From the human T2T-CHM13v2.0 reference genome, Homo sapiens: DNA of 64,000 nt. Made by a program: the position numbers and the translations under genes. The notes below the pieces were generated by a model. The model was not told the origin of the DNA. It searched no databases and saw only the letters and a program-made list of their open reading frames with translations. Positions 44,446-59,000 of the stretch are shown here, in pieces (position 1 is the first letter of the stretch; the number at the start of each line of letters is the position of its first letter). The stretch spans positions 42,816,001 through 42,880,000 of the forward strand of contig CP068257.2 in NCBI GenBank assembly GCA_009914755.4. Reading direction: 5' to 3'.

Positions 44446-45650
44446 TCAGCCTGGGCTCTGCGGGGCAGCTCCTCTCCCCCGGCTCCCACCCGCGCTGTCA
44501 GGGACCCAGCAGCTCTGGGTCACATCTGAGCCTCTTCCATCCCCCCGACTGGCACAGCGTGGGGAGATCGATTCTGGGCCATGAGGGCCTTCTCATCTTG
44601 CAAAGCAGGAGGCTGAGGCCCAGAAGAGGAAAGATTCCAGATCTCACCAAGATCCCAGCGCTACCTCCTATCCACCCAAGATCCTAACCCCGGGGACCCC
44701 CAAACGTGCAGTTCCGAGGGTCGGCCTCAATCGTGAGGTGCGTGACTTTCCCCAGGGCCCCCCTCAAACACACGCAGGCCACCACGCAGGCTGGAACCCC
44801 TCCGTCCTCAGATACAGGAGCCCAGCTCTCTGCCCGCTGCTCTGCGGCCCCACGTCAGGGGCTGCCCCAGGCCCTCATTCTTGCTCTGGGCGGCTGCTGG
44901 CCGCCAGGGTTTGCCTTCAAAAGGACTCATTTATCCCAGGAGCTTCCATTTCCGAGGCGTGGAGTCCCCAAGGCAGGGCGCCGACATCAAAGGGCACGAG
45001 TTGTTTACATTTAATATTAAATAATAAAGTATGAAAATAAATTCTTCCAGACTGCTTTCTGGAAAAACCGTGGTGGCTTCTGCTCTCACGGGAAAGGGCA
45101 GGGTGGGGTCCCCCTGGGATCCCCCAACCCACTCCACTGCCCATCTTTAACACACTTCCAAACAAATGGGGGAGAACCTGGCAGGGTTTTGCTTTGAGGA
45201 CAAATCCCTTATAATGTTTATTCACACTGTTCATCTTTTCTTCTAAAAATTCATATTTATATCTTTTGTCCATTTTTCCAAATTTAAAGACACATTTTTT
45301 ATTAGTTTGTAAGGGTTGGTTTTCTGTCGTGTGTGTGGTAAAGAGTTTGTCTTTTGCTTTTGAATAGGATGTCTGTTTCCATAGAAAGCTTTTAACACAG
45401 GTGGTCGACCCAGTGCCTTTCCTTCTGGGCTTGTCTTCTTCATAGAACCCTGAGGTTATACAACTGCCTTCAGCTTTTCTTCTTTTTCACATTTGGACTT
45501 TTAATCCATATAACATTTATTTTTGTGTACAATGTGAAGTGGGGGTAAGCTTTGTTTTCTTCCAGATTACATGAAGCTAATCTCCCGAATCATATGGAGT
45601 TATCAAGTAAAACCCATCCTTTTCTCATTGCCTTCAAATATAGCATTTAT

Positions 45651-46274
<624 letters not shown>

Positions 46275-47269
46275 TTATTAAAAAGGTACCCAGGCCCAGA
46301 TGGCTTTATAACTGAATTTAACCCAGCTGTCAGAAATGAGAGAAAAAATCCTATTCTTCAGACTATCCCAGTCCACAGGTGCAGTTAGAAAGCCCTGCAG
46401 TGTGTATTTACTGTTAGGCTTCATTTTAAACTGGATAAAGTTAAGTCCCCAAAAGAAAACCACCGAGCAATCTAATTTCCTATTATAGATGCTAAAAGCT
46501 TAAAGACAGGCAATTGGAAGCCAGTGGCTTATTCAATAATTCTGCATCATCACCAAGTGGCATCGGGTCTAATAACGCGAGGAGATGTCTCACTATAAAT
46601 CATGACATCAACAGTAAACATAGTGGACCGCACCACGCACTCACAGATGCCAAAGGAGACCTCAGCCCTGGCCCGGATGGCCCACAGCCCATCAAACGGC
46701 CATGCTCAGATGTGCTCGTTAAATTAGAGCAAGGTGGGACAGCTGCCACTTCTGCCGCCATCCAAGATTGTTCTGGAATCTTTAGCTAGGGAAGCAAGCT
46801 ACATAATCAATTAGAACACTAGAAATCAAGGGGAAATGTTCTTTATTCTCAGAGGTAATTACATTCCTAAGTCCCCTGAGAATCTTTTTAAGAAAAGCTA
46901 TTAGAACTGATTGGTTAGGGGGCGAGAAAATGATTGTCATGATGAGCAGCTGCAAATGAAAGTTAAAAAGCCAACCCCATTCGTTAAACGTACGATACTT
47001 GGAAAACTCCTGGAAATAAATGAGAACACCACAGTGTCTATGAGAGAAAAATTAAATATCAACAACTCCCATGTTAGGATGTCCACACGCCGCATCCCTG
47101 ACAGAATCCAAAGGCAGAAGCACCAGCACTCGTGGGTTGTGGCTACACCCGGGGCAGGGCCCCAGCTCAGATCCCACACGGGTGCAGCCAGCGCCGGGCC
47201 ATCCACTGGGCCCAGCCAATCTCGGAAATGACACCTGACTTGGGACTCGCTGTGAGCCGGTGGCACCTG

Positions 47270-49160
47270 CGAGAGAAGGTGAGCCCCCGGGGGGAAGCAA
47301 GGCTCTGGGAGGAGGCCGGCCTCGGTGAGCCCTTGGGGGGAAGCAAGGCTCTGGGAGGAGGCCGGCCTCGGTGAGCCCTCGGGGAAGTAAGGCGCTGGGA
47401 GGAAGCCGGCCTCGGTGAGCCCTCGGGGGGAAGCAAGGCTCTGGGAGGAAGCTGGCCTCGGTGAGCCCTCAGGGGGAAGCAAGACTCTGGGAGGAGGCCG
47501 GCCTCGGTGAGTCCTCGGGGGGAAGCAAGGCTCTGGGAGGAGGCCGGCCTCGGTGAGCCCTTGGGTGGAAGCCGGCCTTGGTGAGCCCACAGGGGGGAAG
47601 CAAGGCGCTGGGAGGAGGCCGGCCTTGGTGAGCCCACGGGGGGAAGCAGTGTGCTGGGAGGAAGCTGGCCTCGGTGAGCCCTCGGGGGGAAGCAAGGCTC
47701 TGGGAGGAGGCCGGCCTTGGTGAGCCCTCGGGGGGAAGCAAGGCTCTGGGAGGAAGCCGGCCTCGGTGAGCCCTCGGCGGGAAGCAAGGCTCTGGGAGGA
47801 GGCCGGAGTTGGTGAGCCCTCGGGGGGAAGCAAGGCTCTGGGAGGAAGCCGGCCTCGGTGAGCCCTCGGGGGGAAGAAAGGCTCTGGGAGGAGGCCGGCC
47901 TTGGTGAGCCCTTGGGGGGAAGCCGGCCTTGGTGAGCCCACAGGGGGGAAGCAATGTGCTGGGAGGAAGCTGGCCTCGGTGAGCCCTCAGGGGGAAGCAA
48001 GGCGCTGGGAGGAGGCCGGCCTTGGTGAGCCCTTGGGGGGAAGCCGGCCTTGGTGAGCCCACAGCGGGGAAGCAAGGCTCTGGGAGGAAGCCGGCCTCGG
48101 TGAGCCCTCGGCGGGAAGCAAGGCTCTGGGAGGAGGCCGGAGTTGGTGAGCCCTCGGGGGGAAGCAAGGCTCTGGGAGGAATCTGGCCTCGGTGAGCCCT
48201 CGGGGGGAAGCAAGGCGCTGGGAGGAGGCCGGCCTTGGTGAGCCCTTGGGGGGAAGCCGGCCTTGGTGAGCCCACAGGGGGGAAGCAATGTGCTGGGAGG
48301 AAGCTGGCCTCGGTGAGCCCTCGGCGGGAAGCAAGGCTCTGGGAGGAGGCCGGAGTTGGTGAGCCCTCGGCGGGGAAGCAAGGCTCTGGGAGGAAGCCGG
48401 CCTCGGTGAGCCCTCAGCAGGAAGCAAGGCTCTGGGAGGAAGTTGGCCTCGGTGAGCCCTTGGGGGGAAGCTGGCCTTGGTGAGCCCACAGTGGGGAAGC
48501 AAGGCTCTGGGAGGAAGCCGGCCTCAGTGAGCCCACAGTGGGGAAGCAAGTCTCTTGGAGGAGGCCGGCCTTGGTGAGCCCACAGTGGGGAAGCAAGACT
48601 CTGGGAGGAAGCCGGCCTCGGTGAGCCCTCGGGGGGTAGCTGGCCTCGGTGAGCCCTCAGGGGGAAGCAGGGCTCTGGGAGGAAGCCGGCCTCGGTGAGC
48701 CCTTAGGGGGAAGCAAGGCACTGGGAGGAAGCTGGCCTCGGTGAGCCCTCGGGGGAAGCAAGTCTCTTGGAGGAAGCTGGCCTCGGTGAGCCCTCGGGGG
48801 AAGCAAGGCTCTGGGAGGAAGCTGGCCTCAGTGAGCCCACAGTGGGGAAGCAAGGCTCTTGGAGGAGGCCGGCCTCGGTGAGCCCACAGTGGGGAAGCAA
48901 GGCTCTGGGAGGAGGCCGGCCTCGGTGAGCCCACAGTGGGGAAGCAAGTCTCTTGGAGGAGGCCGGCCTCGGTGAGCCCACAGTGGGGAAGCAAGTCTCT
49001 TGGAGGAGGCCGGCCTCGGTGAGCCCACAGTGGGGAAGCAAGTCTCTTGGAGGAGGCCGGCCTCGGTGAGCCCACAGTGGGGAAGCAAGTCTCTTGGAGG
49101 AGGCCGGCCTCGGTGAGCCCACAGTGGGGAAGCAAGGCTCTGGGAGGAGGCCGGCCTCGG
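47270..49160. repeat. Large VNTR/minisatellite, ~41 units of ~46 bp (gagccctcggggggaagcaaggctctgggaggaggccggcctcggt), GC-rich, within the intron between the last two TSPEAR-like exons
   Basis: Direct reading. Units are 85-95% similar with some truncated units. All long ORFs overlapping it (up to 460 aa) are periodic artefacts. Confidence 0.9.
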
Positions 49161-49170
49161 CAGCTCATTA

Positions 49171-49296
<126 letters not shown>

Positions 49297-49438
49297 TTAG
49301 GACACAACAGACATCGCCAGGGAACTGGGGGATTGGCCAGAAGCTACCTCCAAAATTTATAGAGGAGGAGCCGGGGCCAAAGTGGGGAGTGATTTTCTCA
49401 CAGTCACATATGTGTTGGTCTATTCCAGGAAAATGTAA

Positions 49439-49804
<366 letters not shown>

Positions 49805-49951
49805 TAACATTTCCCACCTCAACCATCTTTAGGTGCACAGATCAGGGGCATTAAGCACATTCATACTGCTGTGTGGCCGCCCCCACCATCCACCTCCAGA
49901 ACGCCTTCATCCTGCAAAACCGAAGCTCTGCACCCAGTAAACATCACCCCC

Positions 49952-49980
49952 TCCCCCCTCCCCCCCCCCCCCCCCCCCAG
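49952..49980. repeat. Poly-C homopolymer/C-rich tract (cccctcccccctcccccccccccccccccc)
   Basis: Direct reading; about 18 uninterrupted C. Confidence 0.8.
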
Positions 49981-50039
49981 CCCCGGCACCCACCACGCCA
50001 CTTTCTGTCTCTATGAATTTGACCACTCTAGGGACCTCA

Positions 50040-50700
50040 TATGAATGGAATCGCACGGTATTTGTCCTTTGTGTCTGCCTTAGCTGAGACTCCAGTGACT
50101 CAAGGTTCATCCGTGTCGCACTGTGTGTCAGAATCGCCTTCCTTTCTAAGGCCGAGTAACGCTCCGCTGTGTGAATGGACACGTTGTGTTTGTCCATCCG
50201 CTGACAGACACTTGGGGAATTTCCTCCATGTGGCTACTGTGAATGCTGCTGCTATGAACACCGGGGTACAAAAGTCCACTTTTAAGAGGTTGAAACAATC
50301 AGAGAAAAAGTCTCAGGCTGCTGGTGCCTGCTGGAGGCAGGAGCTTGGTTTCCCGCTCTGGACACTGTGCAGAAATGGCGTCACAGTGCTGTGGCCTCTG
50401 TGCCTGGTTTCTTCTCTCAGCATTGTGTCTTCAGCTGTGAGGTCAGCGGCCGTGAGGTCACTCCAGGAGGTGCCTACAGGACCTGCAGGACCTGCTCGTT
50501 CACAGATGTTCTCCTAGAAGCAGAAGCTGTTTCTTGTTGCAAACAAATTTGCTGTGTCCTGTCTTAGGAGTCTCACCTGAATTTACCAAGGATGCATCTG
50601 TGCTTGGGGATGGCTCGGTTTGAGGGGTCTGAGGAGCGGCTCCCCTGGATCCTTTCCTCCCCAGGAGCCCACCTGCCGAGCTGTCAGCGTCAGCCCCACA
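50040..50700 (+). mobile_element. Old L1 (L1M-type) fragment
   Basis: catatgaatggaatcgcacggtatttgtcctttgtgtctgcct...ctgctatgaacaccggggtacaaaagtcc resembles the L1M ORF2/3' region consensus (catatgaatggaatcatacagtatgtggtctttt...gctgctatgaacattcgtgtacaagtttt). Confidence 0.5.
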
Positions 50701-53389
50701 TCTCAAGATGAGGAAATGGAGGTCGAAGCCATGCACACGCAGGCGTCCTGCTGACATGCAGGCCAGGCGGGTGCCTCTGTATTCAGCAGCCTCAGGGCTG
50801 TGGCCAGTTCAGGCAGCAGAGGGGCCTCATCCCGGTGCTTCCCTGCAGGCAGTTGTGGGGCCGGCCTGCAGCAGGGGCTCAGACAGGGCCTTGGGAGAGG
50901 GAGGGATCACAGAGGTGTCCAGTGACAGGCAGGGCGGGCAGAGCCCATGGGGCCTTGGGCTCCTCACTCCTTCGGTCAGTCAGGGTGACATCTGGAGCCA
51001 CCTCCATTAATGGTGGGTTATGATTTGGTTCCCATGCAGCCCGTGCCAGCTCGCTGGGAGGAGGACGAGGACGCCTGTGATCACATGCTCTGGTCTGGAG
51101 GCACGGCCGCGGGCCCCGGGTCAGTGTGAATCCGCGGGGTTACTCCTCAGTCGGATCTGAGCTCTGAAACCCAGACCCGAGGAAGACAAGCGGCCACGTC
51201 GGATGTACCAGTGGTGGAAGATCCTGTCCGGCTGCACCGAGGCTCACATCAGAAGCCGGCTTCGGTTTCACCACAAAATAAGGCATCTAGTGCCCGATTC
51301 TGCCTCCAAAGCAGCCCTGGGTCACACTCGCTGTAGGACAGATGTTATTCTTCAGAATCACGCCCTCTGGCAAATGCCCATCATCGGACAAATGGACGGA
51401 TGAAGTGTGACTCAGCCATGAGAAGGGGGATGCTCTGAGCCGCGCGGCCACACCACCAACCCGGAGGACACGGTGCTGCGAGAAAAAGCCAGGTACAGAG
51501 GCCACGGCTCTACGAGTCCATTTCTGTGCAGTGTCCAGAACGGGAAATCACAGAGACAGGAAGTGGGCCCGGGGGTGCCCAGTTGGGAGGGAGGGGCTGG
51601 AAAAGGGTGTGGGGGGCTCCTTGTGAGGGGATGAGAATGTTCCAGAGTTGTCTGCAGCCATGGCTGCACATATCTGTGGATTTAATAGAACTACTGAATC
51701 TAAAAAGCAAACACAAGCGACCATTTGAAGGCAGTCAGAGCCAAGGTTACACACAGAAGCCACAAAACCCCTCAGCGCCCTTGAATAGGGTTTTGGACTT
51801 GGTGAGGCCACATCACGTCTCCGGGAAGTGTAGGGAATTCCCCATGCTGGGTAGAAGGGCTAGGAGTTTGACTTGTGTGTGCTGTTTTGATGGTAATTAT
51901 TAAACATTACCTTAATTAATTGGTAAGTACTTTCTGTGTTTCATAATTTAGTTCATAAACTGTCCATACCACTGTCCAGTGGTGACAGGGCCATAAGTCG
52001 CGAGTGTGTAGCTGTGTTCTGTCAGTTCCCGCAGCTTTCAAATCCCGAGGCGTCTGCCTCATCTGTTTCTAGACTGGGCATCATGTCCATGACTAATTTT
52101 TAATCACAATTCATTCTCCAACTTGTCTTATTCTAAATGTTGTTCTAAAAAGCCTAATGTTTGTTTTGTTCTCGGCGTTGACATTGGATGGCGTGGATTC
52201 GTGCTGGGGACACACAACTGCCACCGCCGCCCCGTGCCTGTTTCTCCTGCCATGGCTGCCAGGCCACGCAGGGGCCACGGAGCCCACAGGCAGGTCACCC
52301 CGGAATCCCCAGTGCCCCCAGCAGACACCGCCGCTGGCTCTTTTTCTTTATTATGAGTGTTCTTTTTTTAATTTTTAAAAATCATATAAGTAAGATATTA
52401 GTAAGTTAACATTGTCATCCTTTGTAAAGCCAGGAGTTCAGAAGTAACAGGGCAAATAGGGAAAGTCCTTCCTGGCCTGTCTACATACCCCTGCAGCCCT
52501 CCCGGTCCTAGGGTGACTGCTGACGGAGAGGGCACTCCCTTCCCGAGTCTTCTCTGCACGTCCGCGGGCACGCACAGCTGAGCGGCACACAGCAGCCCGG
52601 CTCGCTCCTCCGCACTGGGGACACAAGATTTCACTGCACCTCACCCAGCCCTTTCCACAGAGCAGTTCATCTTGGAGACTCTTCCCCTCGAAGGGTCTAA
52701 AGGTATGTGTTGTTGTGTGTCTCAAGCTGAGATTAGAGCCCAGTGCCCAGGAGGGGCAGGTGAATTGTTACCGAATGAAATAGGAGTGCATGAAACCCGA
52801 GGAAACCTGGGAAAGCCGCCTGCTCCATCCCAGGATGGGAATGGGCCAGATTCCAGCTCCAAGCTTGACCCATGGCCCCTGGCTCTGGGATCTGGGTAAT
52901 ACGGATTCGATTGCAGGTTTATTCACAGACCGGAATTCCACCCCAGAGGACGCCCCACACTGGTCAGGATGGTTGTGGATTCTCAGTGCCCACTGTCCAA
53001 AATGTGGTGCCCACGCAACCTCCTGTGGCTCCACGGAGCGTGTCGGTCTGGAACCATCACTTTCTCGTACATACAGACCCACCCTCCATGTTCCCTGGAT
53101 CTCACATCTGTCTCAACAGGCCAGTCTCCGTGTCCTGGTGTTTGTTGTCGGGGAGGATGCAACATCGGGGGAAGGAAGTAATCATGTCTGGTGGCAGCTG
53201 GCACTGGCAGGCAGCGGGCACTCGAAGCCTGCACCTCGCACCTGTCCCTCTGGGGCCTCGGCTATCCCTCCGCACGACGGGCATGAAGCCCCCTCCTGCC
53301 TCCACTGCTCGGATGAAAGGAGGTAATGGGTGTGAAGGGGCAGAACTCCGCACACAGCACCCGGCTCTGGGAACCAAACCTGTGTCTCA

Positions 53390-53779
<390 letters not shown>

Positions 53780-53799
53780 CTAGGACCAAAGGAGAGCAG

Positions 53800-53993
53800 G
53801 TGCAGAGGTGTGGGGGAGCGGGCGCAGAGGTGTGGGGGAGCGGGCGCAGAGGTGTGGGGGAGCGGGCGCAGAGGTGTGGGGGAGGGGGCGCAGAGGTGTG
53901 GGGGAGGGGGCGCAGAGGTGTGGGTGAGCGGGCGCAGAGGTGTGGGTGAGCGGGCGCAGAGGTGTGGGAGAGCGGGCGCAGAGGTGTGAGTGA
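53800..53993. repeat. ~9 x 21-bp minisatellite (gcgcagaggtgtgggggagcg), pyrimidine-rich on the minus (gene) strand, 20 nt upstream of the exon 53779 acceptor
   Basis: Direct reading. Minus-strand ORFs of 125-150 aa here are periodic artefacts. Confidence 0.85.
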
Positions 53994-55589
53994 GCAGCAC
54001 TCTCCCTGGCTGTCCCCAGGGCTGCCACTTGGCAGGACGTGGGATCTTGGCACAGCCCAGTGCCCGCTGTGCTCCAGGTGCCAGACGTGGCACTCCTGCT
54101 GGCAGCCTCCTTGGCCACTTCTCCCTGAATGTTAGTGCCAGCTGTGCCCAGCCCTGCCCCTAGCGACCATCTGTGTGACTTGCTTCTCAGCAATCCATGC
54201 CTTCTCCTACTCCAGGCCCCAGTGCTGTGCGTCCTACGAGCACCACCTGCTGTCTCACCTCTTCCAGGAAGCCCACCCTGATCCCTCTAGTCCCAGCCTC
54301 AGACACTGAAGCAACATCAGGTACCTCTCGAGTTTTCTCTTACACGCTTTCCCTGGCCTTGCAGTTTGGCTGAGTCTTTCCTCTGGCTCTGTAGACAGAA
54401 GCCATCTCTGGGTTCCTGTGCTTGCCATTCCTCCATAAATCACTTACCACCGTCAAGAGGCAACAGGTCTGGGGCTGCACACGGAGGCCCAACTGCGGCA
54501 CCTCTGCCACCAACCTTGAGCTGCAGGACTGTCTGCATGTGGGGTCCACAAGGCGGAAGCTTCTGCCAGCACCTTGGGGATAAGGGTGGTGGGGCTGCAC
54601 GGGGAAGGGGAAGGCTGCTTCCCTGGGGACAGTGTCCCCACAGGCCGGGGATCCCTGCGCACGGTCCCAGGCTGTCCTAGCTGAGGACGGAGCCGGTCAT
54701 GCTGCGGGGCTGTGTCTCTTCCTGACTCACCCCCGTCCGGAGGGCCTTCTGCCTGAGGGACATTGCACCACCGGGCCAGGTAAGAAGCAGCTCTGAGAGC
54801 CTCCCGTGACAGCAACCACTGGGACGTTTTCTATTTGCCCAAATCGACCAGCAAGGGCCCGGCTCAGACGCCCCTGGGTCTGATGCGACCTGCCCTCCGC
54901 AGCAGGTCAGGCACCCTCCCTTGCTTGTATGCTCAGGACGGGGCTGCCCAGGCATCTTCTGGTCCCCCTGACTGTCCGGCGCCTGCCCGGCCGGCTCAGG
55001 TGCTGCAGGAAAGAGAAAACTCTGGGCCCAACGTCAACGTGCGTTCTCCACGCCCAGCAGGGGGCGCCGTTGCCCGCCCGAGCCCGGAGAGCCTGGGCTG
55101 CAGGGGAGGGCGCCACAGGTGAGGACACAGCTCCGTGGGCACCAGGCAAGGTCCCAAAGCAGATCCGCAGCCGGTCAGAGGAGCGCACATGGGTGAGCTT
55201 AAGCTAAGAAAGCAAGACTCACTAGGCAAGGACAGGGGCCCAGGACACCTGGCGGCGCCGAACCCTCGGCGGGGGCGGGGCCGGGGGCTGGCTGAGGCTT
55301 TCCCGGGTCAGCGCGCCCTCCCCTCCTGCAGCTCCACGAGATGTGACTATTCCTATCTGCTGGAGAACAGCCGTCCAGGGCCACCCCACGTCCTTCAAGG
55401 GGACTCTGAGACACTCTGGGCCGGTGGGACCTTCAGCAGCATCTGGACTTTGGCTGCCTCACAGGTGGGCGGGGGGGAGTGTTACACACAGGCCAGTTCA
55501 CTGACTCAGCAGAAGAGAAACAGGAATCATCAGACTGTTCAACCCTGGGCTCCTCCCACGCCTGTGCTGAGGAAACCAACTGAGTGGGC

Positions 55590-56030
55590 AACCCTCACGT
55601 GTGTACACATGCCTGCACACACCTGCACACACAGGCCCATACCTGCACACCTGCATGTATGCATACATACACAAACATGGATGTGCACTGTGCGCACACA
55701 CACATGCACGCCTGCATGCATGCATACACACACAAACATGCATATGCACTGTGTACACACACACATATATGCTTACATTTTTACATGCACAGATGCACAT
55801 GCATGCCTGTACACATGTGGATACACATGCAGATACACAGGCCTGCTCATGTATACATACACATGTATACCTACACACACGTATGTATGCATGCAACCAT
55901 GCATCTGTGTCCATGTGCATATGTGTATACTTGCACACATGCCTGTACACAGGCAGATCCCTGCAGGCACACCCATGCATCCGCCTGCATGACATCTACA
56001 CACACACATGCACCCACACAGCACAGCTCT
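55590..56030. repeat. CA/TG-rich low-complexity region (acacacatgcatgcatac-type, alternating purine-pyrimidine)
   Basis: Direct reading. ORFs 55135-55992 (+) and 55498-55995 (-) are rich in H/T/C/M/V and are artefacts. Confidence 0.7.
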
Positions 56031-59000
56031 CCCCACATTGCTGGAAAAGACTGAGGACACACGCCTCCAGCCCTGGGCGTCCTTCCAGTGGAGCCCCTGC
56101 TTCTTAGCTACTTGCTGATGCTCACCTGTGTTGAGGCAGATCCTGATGGACTGCCGGGGCCAGAACAGCCTGAAACTCCCTCTCAGGGAAAGGCCCGGAG
56201 TGCCCGCCCTGTAGCAGCCCAGGGTGATGGGGGACCCCGAGCTGGCACTCAGCACTGTGTAGAGAGAGCTTTACTGCAAGTTGGGGCTGAGCCGGGCATC
56301 ACATCTCAGTGATGAGTGAGGTGCCCTCCCTGCCCAAAGGAGCCCTGGAACGGGCTGCTGCAGATGGGGGACCATGGAGGGGCTGCCCGGGGCCTTGGGG
56401 GCACAGAGGAAGAGGGCCCAAAGGCATGGAGGACGGACAGGGGAGTTGGCAGCAGGAAGCAGGGAAGGGTATCCAGGCAGAAGGAACTGCAGGACAGACA
56501 CACAGGACTGAGGGAGCCAGGAGGGCTGGGCGCACACAGAGTGCGGAGCAGGGGCTGGGGCGGGCCTACAGGGCCTGGGTGCTGTGGAAAGCAGCTGGGC
56601 CTCCAGGCAAAGGTCACTGGGGAGCCGGAGGAGGCTTTTGAGCAGAACGAGGAGGTCAGATGTATGTGGACGGCTCTGAGACCCACAGGAGCTAGGAAGG
56701 TGTCAGGAGAGAGGTGAGCCAAGTGCTGTGGGGGTGGGGTGGGGTGGGTGCCACTCCTAAGATGGGAAAGAAGGGTGGTGGTCTTGGAGACAGGCTTCTG
56801 GAGACCCCTCAGAGAACTCGGTACATCCCTAGGGATGGAGACAGGGGCTTTGGGAGACCACTCAGAGAACCTGGTATTTCCCTAGGCATGGGTGGCACAC
56901 GGGCTGCTGTGTGAGCCCTGGGGAGGGGCAGGTGGCAGGAGCGTAGGGTGGAGGTGGCGGTGCTCTGGCCACAGCCCTGAGGCTGGTGGAGACCCTGGGT
57001 TGGGAATGCGCGAGACGGGCAGTCTGGTCTGGTGGGACCTGTAGCACTGCAGCCTGCCTCCAGGGCAGGGATTGTGCCCACGTTTCATGGGGTGGCAGGG
57101 AGCAAACTTTGAGTTGCATCTTGGTTGGAGCCCAAGGTGGGGCGTGTATTTGTTCCAGGAAGAGCACGTGTCAGCTGTGGGGGTGGGCATGGAGGTCTGT
57201 CCAGGGCATGGCAGTGGCCGGAGTGAATGCTGTGTGGTCACCTGCCTGGGTGCTGCTACGAAGCAGAGCTCTTGCTGGAGTGCAGGGCCAGACAGGCCTG
57301 GGGGGCCGGGGGCGGCTCAGAGGCTGCTCAAGTCACCCTTCTGTTCCCTGTACCCAGCGAGGGTCTGTGCACCAGATTTAGCAAATCCAGGGTCCCTGTT
57401 CAATCTAAATTTCAGACAACGAATGATTCTTTAGTCTGTGTGTATCCCATGTAATACTTGAAACATACTTTGGCAAAAAGAAAAATTAGTTTATCTGCAA
57501 CTGGCTGGAGGCTGGCAGAACCCCCACGGGGTGTCACCGGCTCCTGGTCCCAGCATTTAGCTGGCCGAGTCCACGGTAGGGCGGTCATTGTCATTGGCTA
57601 TTGACAGCCCCTCCTCCCTATGCCAGGCTGTCAGAAGCCCCTTGCAGGTTGGAGTGAACCTGTCCCTCTGCTGAAGCCGGGGCCTTCTCACATTCAGAAG
57701 TGAGGAGGTGCCCCCCAGGGGCTGTGCCAACCCAGGCAGAGGGTGTGCAGTGTGGGACCCCCCTGTCAGGCCACTCCCAGATTTTAAGCACATTAGGGAC
57801 TCATAGAGGAGAGAGAAAGAATCTTCACATCAAAGGCCCTGCCAAACCCTGGCTGGCACGGGAGCCAAGCGACCAGGCACCTGCTGGGCTGGGCAGGCCC
57901 TTCCCGCCCTCCCTCCAATGGAATTCCCCAGAGCCTGGCCCTGCTGCCCTGGCACGGTGCCTGGCAGCTCAGGAGCATCTTGCTGGGATGATGGTGCTTC
58001 CGGGACTTGGCAGCCAGGAGCACCTGGAGCCCCCAACAGCTCCCTCGAGGGCGGGTGGGCACCCGGTAATCAGTGGATTAGTTGCTGGGCAAAGAGGCCC
58101 TTGGGTTCCGGCTTTGATAGGGCAAAGAAAGAGGATGCCTCTGTGGTCTGGGAATGCCAGGGGAGGGGAGGGAGGCAGGATGCACCCCTGGGGCTCCCTC
58201 CCTAGCCACCAGAAGGCAGTTCCCCAACAAGCCCTGGTTGGGGGGGCAGTGGCATCCTCTCTGAGGGTAGCCAGCTCAGGCTGGACAAGCATCCCGGGTG
58301 GCCATGGGGGCAGCGCTACTGGATGACAGGTGACTCCCTTGAGAGAACTGGGCTCAGCACACTCCCCAGCCAACTCTTGGGTGCCCCCCGTGCTCTTCCC
58401 GGCCCTGCAGAACCCGCAAGCCTGGCACCTTCCCCAAGCTGCCTAGGCCACTGCCAGCTCCTGTGTCAGAGAAGACAGAAGTCATGGGGCATAGCTGCCA
58501 CCTTCCTGGAGCCCTCCCGCCCAGGCTCTGCCCAGCCCCTTCAGGCTGTCCTGGGCAGTGCTGACCCCTCATGCCACCCCCTTGACAGATGTGCAGATGG
58601 AGACTCAGACACAGCCAGGCCTCATGAGGGTGCTTAGGGGCTCCTGCCTGTTTTTCTAAGCACCACATGGCTGCCTGCCGGGCACCTGTCCCCAGAGTGG
58701 CCCCCACTGCATCCTTGCCTACAGCACCTCTTGCCCTTCCATGGCCATGGAAGCGAGTACACACACGTGTGCATGAGTGTGCATGTACATGTGTGTTGAG
58801 CCATGGGCGGGACCCTTGGGAAGTGTGTGGCACCAAGTCGGGGGCCCAGCTGTGACGAGGGGTCCTTACTAACATGGTGGCTGCTGCTGGCCTTGTGAGG
58901 ACCCCACATGCCGACAGCTGCAATCACAGAAGCACCAAGCTTTGGAAGCTGCAACACCTTCTGAGGTCTGCAGCAAACTCACTTAGAAGCCAAACCTATT

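Noticed and set aside
47167-48549. 460-aa minus-strand ORF and overlapping 268-, 334- and 253-aa ORFs (47-49 kb), proline/serine/arginine-rich and periodic
   Set aside because: They lie entirely within the 46-bp VNTR. Periodic translation of a tandem repeat, with no start context and no splice signals. Not genes.
47270-49160. Regularly spaced direct repeats that superficially resemble a CRISPR array
   Set aside because: Eukaryotic (human) sequence. Units are contiguous with no unique spacers and no cas genes. This is a minisatellite.
55135-55995. 285-aa (+) and 165-aa (-) ORFs rich in C/H/M/T/V
   Set aside because: Translation of the CA/TG/CATG low-complexity tract.
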